Source: Candidatus Omnitrophota bacterium
GTDB taxonomy: Bacteria; Omnitrophota; Omnitrophia; Omnitrophales; Aquincolibacteriaceae
Direction of reading: 5' to 3'
NCBI GenBank assembly: GCA_043803685.1
Contig: JAZDJU010000055.1
Coordinates: forward strand, 1 to 10,768
DNA length: 10,768 nucleotides
Position numbers and translations under genes: made by a program. Numbering within the stretch: position 1 is the stretch's first letter; the number at the start of each line of letters is the position of its first letter. Below the pieces are notes generated by a model that saw only the letters and a program-made list of their open reading frames with translations, made no database searches and was not told the DNA's origin. Positions 1-7,426 of the stretch are shown here, piece by piece.

Positions 1-663
1 GTACCCTTCTGCGGGGATAGAAACCCCCGTGACCCCCGAATATTCCAGCCGGAAATCCACATAGGCCTTCACATCCGAAAACTCCAGCGGGCGCAATTCA
101 TACTTGATCACGATCCGTTGATAGATCTGCCGGAGATCAAAGCGCTGAAGACTTGCCTTCAGCTCCGGCTGTCCCACAAGCACGATCTGCAGGAGCTTCC
201 CATGTTTCGTCTCAAGATTCGAAAGAAGCCGGATCTGCTCCAATTGCCGCGCCTTGAGGTTCTGCGCTTCATCAATGATCAGCACCGCATTCCCCTGATT
301 CAGGCTGAGATCGATCAAAAAAGCATCCAGTTTCTTGATAATATCCAGACGTGTCTTTTTCTCAGGCTCGAGACCGAAATCCTCCACGATCGCCTGGAGA
401 AGCTGAATATCGCTGAAATACGGGCTCATCACGAACGAGGTCCTCACCGATTTTGGCAAACGCTCCAAAAGCGCTTTGCAAAGCGTGGTCTTTCCCGTCC
501 CCACTTCTCCCGTGATGAGGATCAGCCCCTTGCGTTCCTCAACTCCGTACATCAAAGAGGCAAGCGCCTCCTGGTGAGACTGGCTTTCGAAGAAAAGCTC
601 GGTATCCGTGGTGATATTAAAGGGCTGGGTTTTGAATCCGTAGAATTCCTGAAGCGCCGTCAT
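1..663 (-). CDS. ExeA/MshM-family AAA ATPase (partial, 3' end beyond the left edge; not in ORF track)
   Basis: Manual translation from ATG at 663: MTALQEFYGFKTQPFNITTDTELFFESQSHQEALASLMYGVEERKGLILITGEVGTGKTTLCKALL...NAVLIIDEAQNLKARQLEQIRLLSNLETKHGKLLQIVLVGQPEL...RQIYQRIVIKYELRPLEFSDVKAYVDFRL. It has the ExeA-type N-terminus (FYGF..QPF), Walker A GEVGTGKT, Walker B IIDEAQ and the LVGQPEL motif. The ATG overlaps the secretin stop (ATGA, 660-663). The frame is open for 221 codons to position 1. Confidence 0.93.
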   Translation of the reverse strand, partial: MTALQEFYGFKTQPFNITTDTELFFESQSHQEALASLMYGVEERKGLILITGEVGTGKTTLCKALLERLPKSVRTSFVMSPYFSDIQLLQAIVEDFGLEPEKKTRLDIIKKLDAFLIDLSLNQGNAVLIIDEAQNLKARQLEQIRLLSNLETKHGKLLQIVLVGQPELKASLQRFDLRQIYQRIVIKYELRPLEFSDVKAYVDFRLEYSGVTGVSIPAEGY

Positions 664-2207
664 ATTCCCTTTGTCATTGTGTCGATCTTTGTCCGGTCCA
701 GCACATCGGCGGGAAGCACCGTGGAAGGCCGAACGATCTTAACCGTGAGGAAAATCACCAGATCGGTCTTTTGGCTATTTTTCGTATTTCTGTCAAAAAG
801 TTTTCCAAAAAGCGGTATATCGCTCAAAAAAGGTACTCCTGCCACCTCTTTTGTTTTTGCATCACTCAGGAGTCCGCCCATCACCACCGTATCCCCGTCA
901 TCGACTACCATCTGAGTCTCAGCTTCGCGTGTATCGATGATCGGATACTCCGCGATGGGCAGATCCGTGGCCGTGGTGGTCGTAGAACCTCCCACTTTAA
1001 CCGTTCCGTTCTGGTTAGAAACTGTCGGATGGACGATCAGATTGACCCGGTCATCGTTATCGCCGCAAATCTGAGGCACGACACGAAGCTGGATCCCGAT
1101 ATTCTGATAGTAGGAAAGCGAGCCTCCTACGGTGTTACTGTCAAACGTGCTCGATGTGGTTTCGATGATCGGGAATTGCTCGCCCACGAGTATCGTGGCC
1201 TCGCGACCATCCATGGTCAGGATCGTGGGCGTGGACAAAGTATTGGTGTTTTCATCTTCCTGGAGCGCACGTACCACCATTTCAAATTTTGTACCGTTCA
1301 CTTTTGCAAGATTGAAATTAAAACCTGAAAGAGCTGAAGTCGTCGTAGTTTCAAGAGGCTTAAAAGCATCGGGCACGCCGGGGAAGCGACTGGCGGTTCC
1401 CATGTTGAAATCCTTATTGAGAATGGAAGCCGCGCCGGGTAGTGTTGTGGGGGTGCCAAAATTGACCCCCAGATCAAAAAGCTTGTTCTCAACGATTTCC
1501 ATCAGAATCGCGCGGATGAGGACTTGCTTGGGCGCCACATCGACCTCGGCAATAAGCTTCGCGATCTGCCGCACTACGGCCGGCGTATCGGAAACTGCAA
1601 GGATCCGGGTCCGCGTCATTTTGGTCGTGCTCTGCGGCGTTGTCGCGGGAGTATAGCTACTGCTTCCAGAAGAGGAGTCCGGCGTCGTCATCATTCCGCT
1701 CGTACTCGCGGAAAAACCCCAGCCCTGCTTGTTCACAGCATCCATGACGGAAACTTTCCCTTTCTCGGAAAGAAAGGGCTGGATCATCTTCGCAACATCC
1801 GCAGCTTCAACATGCTTGAGCTTGAACGCTTCGATCCTCATCCCGCCAGAAGCAAAGATGGAATCATCCTCTTTCTTCTGGTCTTCCCCGATCTTGGTAA
1901 GAGTGGAAACTGTCAGAATGCTCCCATCCTGGACGTATCCGAGATCGTACATCTTGAGAATGACCTTAAACGCTGTTTTCCAATCCACATTTTCAAGATC
2001 CACGGTCACGAGACCAAACACCTCGGGCGTTGTGACGATCGTGATCTTCGTTCCTTCCAGAGCCGCTTTTTTCTCAATGGCCTTAAGCACCGTCGCGATC
2101 TCGGTATCTTTGAACTTTAAACTGCTCAAACCGGACTCCGCCGCCGAGATCAGAGATGCCGACAGCACCATCAAAACAACAAAAAATAAACCGAGTCTAG
2201 CCTTCAT
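660..2207 (-). CDS. Outer-membrane secretin (GspD/PilQ/MshL family), 515 aa
   Basis: Sec signal peptide (MKARLGLFFVVLMVLSASLISA), N0/STN-like domain (SLKFKDTEIATVL...VTVDLENVDWKTAF) and one N3-type repeat (FKLKHVEAADVAKMIQPFLS...IAKLIAEVDVAPKQVLI). The C-terminal secretin domain has LSTPTILTMDGREATILVG, IGIQLRVVPQI, DGDTVVMGGLL and GVPFLSDIPLFGKLF. An SD GGAGG lies just upstream of the ATG. Confidence 0.96.
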   Translation of the reverse strand: MKARLGLFFVVLMVLSASLISAAESGLSSLKFKDTEIATVLKAIEKKAALEGTKITIVTTPEVFGLVTVDLENVDWKTAFKVILKMYDLGYVQDGSILTVSTLTKIGEDQKKEDDSIFASGGMRIEAFKLKHVEAADVAKMIQPFLSEKGKVSVMDAVNKQGWGFSASTSGMMTTPDSSSGSSSYTPATTPQSTTKMTRTRILAVSDTPAVVRQIAKLIAEVDVAPKQVLIRAILMEIVENKLFDLGVNFGTPTTLPGAASILNKDFNMGTASRFPGVPDAFKPLETTTTSALSGFNFNLAKVNGTKFEMVVRALQEDENTNTLSTPTILTMDGREATILVGEQFPIIETTSSTFDSNTVGGSLSYYQNIGIQLRVVPQICGDNDDRVNLIVHPTVSNQNGTVKVGGSTTTTATDLPIAEYPIIDTREAETQMVVDDGDTVVMGGLLSDAKTKEVAGVPFLSDIPLFGKLFDRNTKNSQKTDLVIFLTVKIVRPSTVLPADVLDRTKIDTMTKGI

Positions 2208-2228
2208 GAGGCCTCCAAATAAATTCTT

Positions 2229-2714
2229 TTATTGCTTCAAGCGAAGCTCGAACTCTCCGGTGCGATCTCTTAATACAACCCGGTCTTGCAAGATCCTGAC
2301 GACATTAAACTGATCCGTGGAATCTCCTGCTTTCAAAAAAGTCTGATTAATGATCGCCGTGGGCGCCGCCCCCTCCCAAAGGATCCCTACAAGTTCAAGA
2401 CCATCTCGCGAACCCTTGGGCCCGGTGTACGCAAAGGAAAAGGGATCGCGGTCTAAGGGTAAAGCCTCCGCGACACGACTGAGCCTCTCGTAGAATTTAT
2501 CGTCCTTTATGGACCTCAACTTGATCGTTTGCCCCAGAGAACCCGGCCTCGCCGATTCTTTTTTGACCGCAGGCTCGGACGCGACGGGAGATGTCGTGAA
2601 GGGCTTTTTTGCATTCCCCGCCTTTTTGAAGAGCGGCACGCTCAAAAACACCATGGCAATAGACGCGACCACGATCACTCCAAGCTGGATAGCTGTTTTT
2701 TTTCGCATCATCAC
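2229..2714 (-). CDS. PilP/MshK/GspB-like inner-membrane-anchored assembly protein
   Basis: Basic N-terminus, one TM helix (LGVIVVASIAMVFLSVPLF), a linker, then RDPF and a beta-rich C-terminal domain (LELVGILWEGAAPTAIINQTFLKAGD...VVRILQDRVVL) typical of PilP/GspC-HR/MshK/GspB. It sits between pilO and the secretin. The start is GTG 2714 (GTGA overlap) or ATG 2711/2708. Confidence 0.75.
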   Translation of the reverse strand: MMMRKKTAIQLGVIVVASIAMVFLSVPLFKKAGNAKKPFTTSPVASEPAVKKESARPGSLGQTIKLRSIKDDKFYERLSRVAEALPLDRDPFSFAYTGPKGSRDGLELVGILWEGAAPTAIINQTFLKAGDSTDQFNVVRILQDRVVLRDRTGEFELRLKQ

Positions 2715-3298
2715 TCCAGAAGATAGAGACTCAGATCAAGGCGGCCCTCAAGCTTCAGCTTGGGAGAAAAACCGTTCTCGATCGAAAGGCTCCGCACCAC
2801 CAGAAAAGCCGGCATCACCTTGCGAAGAGCATCGAGATATTTGACCAGATTGTAATACTCCCCTTTAAACGTCAGCGAGACCTCGACGCCATAGCAAACC
2901 TTCCCCTCCGCGCCCACATCCCCGCCTCGGGCATTCACGACTTTCCGCGGCAGTTCCGGCTGGATCTGCTCGATCCTCACACCGAATTTATTGGCATAAT
3001 CGGTCAACATCAAGAGGGACTTTTCCGCCGAATCGGGGAATTTCCGCTGAAGATCCCGATCCATCTCTCTGAAATGAGCCAGGACCCTTTCAGGATCCTG
3101 GATCGTATCCATGGTCTGGGTCATCCACTTCAAACGGCCTTCCACACTATCTACCTGATCTTGTATATCCAACACTCGCGAAGCTGCCGGACCATCCACG
3201 AACTTAAAAAAAAGCATGCAACCGAACAGGATGGAAAGCCCCCACACAAAGATCGCGATCTGGGAAAAAGTGATCCGGTCCTTCTGAACGTTAATCAT
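2711..3298 (-). CDS. pilO: PilO/MshJ/GspM-like alignment-complex protein, about 195 aa
   Basis: Start revised to ATG 3298 (MINVQKDRIT...) because SD AAGGAG lies 9 nt upstream and the start overlaps the pilM-N end. One TM helix, a coiled coil, and a ferredoxin-like C-terminus with the PilO-like signature VEVSLTFKGEYYNLVKYLDAL...LVVRSLSI...LDLSLY. Confidence 0.85.
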   Translation of the reverse strand: MINVQKDRITFSQIAIFVWGLSILFGCMLFFKFVDGPAASRVLDIQDQVDSVEGRLKWMTQTMDTIQDPERVLAHFREMDRDLQRKFPDSAEKSLLMLTDYANKFGVRIEQIQPELPRKVVNARGGDVGAEGKVCYGVEVSLTFKGEYYNLVKYLDALRKVMPAFLVVRSLSIENGFSPKLKLEGRLDLSLYLLE

Positions 3299-4868
3299 TT
3301 CGGAACACTCCTTCAAACCTGTAAACGGACACAGCATAACCTGTCACGAGCTTCACATCGACATGCCTGAAAAACCCTGTTTCCCTGAGTCTCCGAAGCA
3401 GATCTTCGACGATCGGATTGCCGCCCTCATCCAACCCTGAAGTTTCAACATCCATGGTGATCGAGCGACTACCGGAATCGACTTTAAATTCCCGGATCGC
3501 CAATTCCCCAGGCATCAAATGGCCTACGAGACACAACACCTTATCCGGAGGGATCGTCGCTTTCTCAAGTTTGCGCGTCAGAAAATACTTCGGAAATGGT
3601 TTTTCTGAAGCTTGAGTAAAGGCGCCGAAAGCCAGGAGCGCTTTTTCTCCAAGCTTGAGACGATCGCGTAAAAAGGCGCCATGAAGGTTCGCGAAAATCA
3701 AGGAAGTCGCACAGATCCCCACCGCAACCAGTGAGACCATTTTCATGACACTTCTCTGAAATGTTTCGAACTTTTCTTTTTTGAGTTCAAAGGGCATGAA
3801 ATCCGCGCTTTTTTCTCCCGGAAGCACTCCCGCGATGGTGCTGATACATTGGCTTAAGCGGACCGGATCTTCGACGACCGCGCTCTCTTGACACCGAACT
3901 ATCGGGGGAAGCGTCAGGTTTGAAACGGACATCTCCAGCTCCCTGGCAAGGAAAAGATCCATGCCCCGGAACCTCGTGCCATGCCCTGTCAGGAGCAAAG
4001 CCACGGGTTTTTCCTCGCTCAAATTATGCATAAAATAGGTCAGAGAATAACGGATCTCGCGGACAAGACCTTCCAGAAGCGGCCTCATGAGACCAAAAAA
4101 CTGGGTCGTCCGGTTCTCCCCACCCCCGGCAGAGAATTCTTCGGAAGGGATCCCGATCGTCAGGATCGCCTGCTCGATCTCCGCATCGGCTCCTGGAGTC
4201 CTGAACTTGGGCCCCAAAATAAGCGGGTCGTTCAAACTCAACCGGGTCTTCTCATAAGAGAACGCCAACTGTCTGATGAAAAGCAATTTTCCTTTTTTAT
4301 AGATCATGCAGGTCGATGAGAAATACCCCAGATGCAACACCATCTGGATCGGAGCGGCGTCTCCCAAGGCCGCCAGAACCTTGGGTGTGTTGAGCGGCGC
4401 GGCGCTCACATGAAGGACTTCCAACCCGATCCGGTTGAGCATCCGTATCGAATTCTCAAGCAGTTTTCGATTCACGATCGAAAACGTCACGGCGACCTTC
4501 TTCGTGCCATCCGAGTCCTCAAATTCCTTCACGATCTCATAATTAAAGAGGACCACGTCTTCGGTCAAGGCCCCCTCTTCCTTGGCATGCCAGGTGATCG
4601 CCCCCACAAGCTCCGCCGCCGACATGAGCGGAAAGATCGCGTTCTTCAGGGTGATGACACCCGGGTCCGAGAGAGTGAGAAAAACCTTGCGGTCCGTAAC
4701 GTCGTACTGCTTGATGAAATCTTTAAGAACTTCGGGGATATTGGATTTGACGAACCCGGGAGGAATGATCACGGCACGATCATGACGCACGGCCAAAGCA
4801 TCCTTTTCCCTTTCAAGCAAAAGGATCTTCAGCTGATGTTTCCCGAATTCAATAGAAAGAAAAGGCAT
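3291..4868 (-). CDS. pilM: PilM (actin-like) fused to a TM helix and a PilN-like periplasmic domain, 525 aa
   Basis: The N-terminus is PilM-like (LSIEFGKHQLKIL; MVLHLGYFSSTCMIYKKGKLLFIRQL; LVREIRYSLTYF; LLLTGHGTRFRGMDLFLAREL). It continues in frame into ADFMP (equivalent of PilN INLLP), a TM helix (LVAVGICATSLIFA) and a PilN-like domain (LMPGELAIREF...LLRRLRETGFFRHVDV). SD AAGGAG upstream. Confidence 0.88.
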   Translation of the reverse strand: MPFLSIEFGKHQLKILLLEREKDALAVRHDRAVIIPPGFVKSNIPEVLKDFIKQYDVTDRKVFLTLSDPGVITLKNAIFPLMSAAELVGAITWHAKEEGALTEDVVLFNYEIVKEFEDSDGTKKVAVTFSIVNRKLLENSIRMLNRIGLEVLHVSAAPLNTPKVLAALGDAAPIQMVLHLGYFSSTCMIYKKGKLLFIRQLAFSYEKTRLSLNDPLILGPKFRTPGADAEIEQAILTIGIPSEEFSAGGGENRTTQFFGLMRPLLEGLVREIRYSLTYFMHNLSEEKPVALLLTGHGTRFRGMDLFLARELEMSVSNLTLPPIVRCQESAVVEDPVRLSQCISTIAGVLPGEKSADFMPFELKKEKFETFQRSVMKMVSLVAVGICATSLIFANLHGAFLRDRLKLGEKALLAFGAFTQASEKPFPKYFLTRKLEKATIPPDKVLCLVGHLMPGELAIREFKVDSGSRSITMDVETSGLDEGGNPIVEDLLRRLRETGFFRHVDVKLVTGYAVSVYRFEGVFRND

Positions 4869-4921
4869 GGCGCTCCTTAGAACTACTGCCCCGTCACGGA
4901 CGGATCACAAAGCTACTGGAT

Positions 4922-5515
4922 CTACAGGTATTTATTCACTTTTACGGATGAACTCTGCTGACTGTACCCTTCATAGTTATCGGAAGAACCCGTCCCGTTC
5001 TGAGCCACTAAATCGATCTTAATGCGGCGAACATTGGCTGGTGTCGCGGTCACAGCCTCTGCGGAATCGTAATATGTAAAAAGAGAACCGCCGGAGCCCG
5101 AAAGCGTCATGTCGCCGGCCTTAAAATACGGGATCATGACCGCCCCACCCGGAGCGATCGTGCGAAAAAGGCTCCCGCCCGATAAATTGTAGGTGATCGT
5201 CTTGTCGTCCTGATTGGTCACGACGATCTGATTCGCCGAGGCGGTCGTCACCACCTTACAAAACCGGAGCCCGCGGGCCAGATCATCCCCTTCCACGAGG
5301 ATCTCCATCGCCTCCGCAGCCACAAGGTCCGCCTGCACTTCATTCGGAAGAAAGAAAGTGTTACGGACCACAAGATTCATCAGATGGTACCCGGACAGCG
5401 CCAAAATACTTGTCAGAAGAATGATCATCACAAGCTCAATCAGCGTGAAGCCCTTTTGACTCCTGGACACACACCCCCCGCAATGACCGTATTCAGATCC
5501 GAAATGTTTTTTCAT
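4922..5515 (-). CDS. Minor prepilin (PilW/MshO/GspJ-like), about 197 aa
   Basis: Class III signal QKG|FTLIELVMIILL with Glu5, and a beta-rich C-terminus (ITYNLSGGSLFR; FTYYD; VRRIKIDLVA) of PilW/GspJ type. Start revised to ATG 5515, which overlaps the upstream stop (ATGA). GTG 5470 is an alternative start. Confidence 0.85.
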   Translation of the reverse strand: MKKHFGSEYGHCGGCVSRSQKGFTLIELVMIILLTSILALSGYHLMNLVVRNTFFLPNEVQADLVAAEAMEILVEGDDLARGLRFCKVVTTASANQIVVTNQDDKTITYNLSGGSLFRTIAPGGAVMIPYFKAGDMTLSGSGGSLFTYYDSAEAVTATPANVRRIKIDLVAQNGTGSSDNYEGYSQQSSSVKVNKYL

Positions 5516-5895
5516 GGGGCGTAGACCAGATCTTTGGCGATCGAAACATAGAGCGTCACCGCGATGTCTGAAGTTCCGGTCCTTCGAGCGGTCAGAGTAA
5601 TGTCCTTCCTCTCCGCGCCACCGCCTCCCGCGACCGTTGCCACGGTCCAACTCGCCGTATAAGGGCCACTCACGGAACTTCCGTTCGCGACCGAAGCATA
5701 AGCAATATTTTTCAGTCTTTCCATTTCCCCGCGAGCAATATTCCCTGCCGCAGTAAAATCGGTCGAGGTCAGCATGCCCTGGATCTGCGCTCCGATCATC
5801 GCTGCCGAAGCGAGCGCGACAAAGCCCAGGAGAACCATGGCCATGATCAACTCGACCAGCGTGACACCTTGAATATTCTTAGGGTTTGGTCGCAT
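5512..5895 (-). CDS. Minor prepilin (PilV/MshD/GspI-like), about 127 aa
   Basis: Class III signal IQG|VTLVELIMAMVLLG with Glu5, the helix motif AGNIARGEMERLK typical of PilV/GspI, and three C-terminal beta strands. Start revised to ATG 5895, which overlaps the pilX end by 17 nt. Confidence 0.85.
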   Translation of the reverse strand: MRPNPKNIQGVTLVELIMAMVLLGFVALASAAMIGAQIQGMLTSTDFTAAGNIARGEMERLKNIAYASVANGSSVSGPYTASWTVATVAGGGGAERKDITLTARRTGTSDIAVTLYVSIAKDLVYAP

Positions 5896-6958
5896 TGTAA
5901 TGGGCCAGGATTTCTGCGGCAGTTTTTTGGCAAGCATTCACATAGACCTCATCGACACGCCCGATGAAGCGTGTAGTGGAACTATTGGTCGCACGCGTTC
6001 CGATTTGTAAAGTCCCGGCTGTAGCTCTCGCAACGCGAACAGTCGCGTTAAAGCTACCCGGAGCACCATTCAAATAAAGCCGCATTCCTGTCGCACCCCA
6101 AGTCCCAGCTACGTGATACCAGGTGTTGAGCGCGAGGTTCGTGGTGTCATTCACTATTCGTTGAGTTCCTCCGGCATCTCTCAAGACAAGACTAAGTCGA
6201 CGGTTCACTCCCGTCCGAGTGATCACGAGTCCATAGGCCTCATCGTTTGAATTGGATAAGTTACCCTTATGAACGATCCCCGTATTAGTATTGACTTGCG
6301 CAGTAATATAAATCCAGGCCCTTAGGGATCCAACATTGGTCAGATCAAGGGCCGCAGAGTCAGGAACGATCACATAGTTGTGTGTCGCGGCCTGATTGAA
6401 CGCCAGGGCCCTCGCCGCCACCCCTAAACGATCCACCGCCCAGGCCGGTCCTGTGGCATTCGAGGGCGTCAAGGTCCCTTGATAGGGCGCGGTCCCTGTA
6501 GAAAATCCAGAACCCTCGCTAAACGGCCACCATATCTCATCGCAACAAACCGGAGCCGGAATACCGGCCCCATCCCCTTCGCGATAAAGGCTCACTTTAT
6601 TTGCACCTGAATCATATTGCGCAAAAACCGTACGGGAGATCTTGGTCGGATAAGCGGACGTCACCGAGGTGCCGATCGATTTAAGCTGATAGACATTGGA
6701 GCATTGAGCGACGACCGTCACGGCGATCTGGTTATTGGCATCCCAGTTCGAAACAGGGAGCGGTGTGCCCGTCGACTTGATATTAAAAGCAGCCCTGTGA
6801 ATGCCAGCCTCCGCAAGATTAAGCGCTTTCACACTCCGGGTCTGGGCTTCATAGCGGGTAATGGACGAGGTGATGAAAAACGAAATTCCAAAGACGGCGA
6901 TGGGGACAATAATGACGATCAGAAGAACCGCGACAAGAGCAAACCCTTTGCGCTTCAA
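5879..6958 (-). CDS. PilX/MshP/GspK-like minor pilin with a C-terminal LamG/concanavalin-A-like domain, 359 aa
   Basis: TTG start with SD AGGGGG. The signal RKG|FALVAVLLIV lacks Glu5, as in PilX/GspK, and the PilX N-terminal motif ALNLAEAGI is present. Residues from about 141 match the Laminin_G_3 pattern (WWPFSEGSG, ALAFN, SLRAWIY, WYHVAGTW, MRLYLNG, LQIG, FIGRVDEVYV, EILAHYN). Confidence 0.88.
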   Translation of the reverse strand: MKRKGFALVAVLLIVIIVPIAVFGISFFITSSITRYEAQTRSVKALNLAEAGIHRAAFNIKSTGTPLPVSNWDANNQIAVTVVAQCSNVYQLKSIGTSVTSAYPTKISRTVFAQYDSGANKVSLYREGDGAGIPAPVCCDEIWWPFSEGSGFSTGTAPYQGTLTPSNATGPAWAVDRLGVAARALAFNQAATHNYVIVPDSAALDLTNVGSLRAWIYITAQVNTNTGIVHKGNLSNSNDEAYGLVITRTGVNRRLSLVLRDAGGTQRIVNDTTNLALNTWYHVAGTWGATGMRLYLNGAPGSFNATVRVARATAGTLQIGTRATNSSTTRFIGRVDEVYVNACQKTAAEILAHYNATKP

Positions 6959-6975
6959 AGAATCCCCCTTCTAAG

Positions 6976-7015
6976 CACAAAACGATGGCGCTCTTTCGAA
7001 CGCCATCGCTTTGCG
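6976..7015 (-). terminator. Intercistronic RNA hairpin (leaky intrinsic terminator or mRNA stabiliser) downstream of the major pilin
   Basis: The minus-strand RNA CGCAAAGCGAUGGCGUUC-GAAA-GAGCGCCAUCGUUUUGUG forms an 18-bp stem with three G-U wobbles and a GNRA tetraloop. Its 3' arm contains a short UUUU tract. Confidence 0.75.
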
Positions 7016-7041
7016 ATCACCGAATGCTCTCGATCCAAAAA

Positions 7042-7419
7042 CTAGCTGAACTGACCGGACGCGGGAACATAGGTGTAAGATCCCCCGTTAGGTCCCGTAT
7101 ACACCAAGCCGGCCTTGGTCCAGTTCGTATCATTGACTCCACCTTGGTCAAGGACCGTAGAAAAGCAAGTCACACAGGCGCCATTGGCGTTGGCATCCAG
7201 CGTTGCGGGATACGCAGGCGTTATATTATTCGCAAGGTTGTTGGCATGGATCGTGTAGATCCCCGCACGAACCCCGCCCACGACGCCCTTTTCAGCAGCG
7301 ACCTTGGCATTTCCTGAAAGATCATAGTACTTGGGGATAGCCACGACCGCCAAAAGTCCCAAAAGCACGATCACCATGATCAATTCAATAAGCGTGAAAC
7401 CTTTTCGATTTAGAAACAT
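7042..7419 (-). CDS. Major type IV pilin, MshA-like, 125 aa prepilin
   Basis: Short leader MFLNRKG|FTLIELIMVIVLLGLLAVVAIPKY with Glu5, Gly14 and Pro22. The continuation YDLSGNAKVAAEKGVVGGVRAGI resembles the MshA/MshB alpha-1C helix. It has a strong SD GAGGAG and is followed by a hairpin. Confidence 0.9.
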   Translation of the reverse strand: MFLNRKGFTLIELIMVIVLLGLLAVVAIPKYYDLSGNAKVAAEKGVVGGVRAGIYTIHANNLANNITPAYPATLDANANGACVTCFSTVLDQGGVNDTNWTKAGLVYTGPNGGSYTYVPASGQFS

Positions 7420-7426
7420 TTTGACT

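Noticed and set aside
118..915. 265-aa plus-strand ORF
   Set aside because: It is an antisense shadow of the ExeA/MshM-like ATPase and the secretin 3' end. The minus-strand frames carry clear family motifs and this ORF has none.
4869..4921. Small palindrome (CCGTCACGG) and CTACTG direct repeat between the PilW-like gene and pilM-N
   Set aside because: They are too short to distinguish from chance and there is no U tract.
3299..5937. Longer ORF-track starts at 3337, 5650 and 5937
   Set aside because: They extend deep into upstream genes. Starts at 3298, 5515 and 5895 fit an SD, a stop-start overlap or a normal prepilin leader better.
7042..7419. Electrically conductive pilin (11 F/Y/W in 118 mature residues)
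   Set aside because: Aromatic content alone is weak evidence. Most positions characteristic of Geobacter PilA are not aromatic here, and there are no cytochrome genes in the window.
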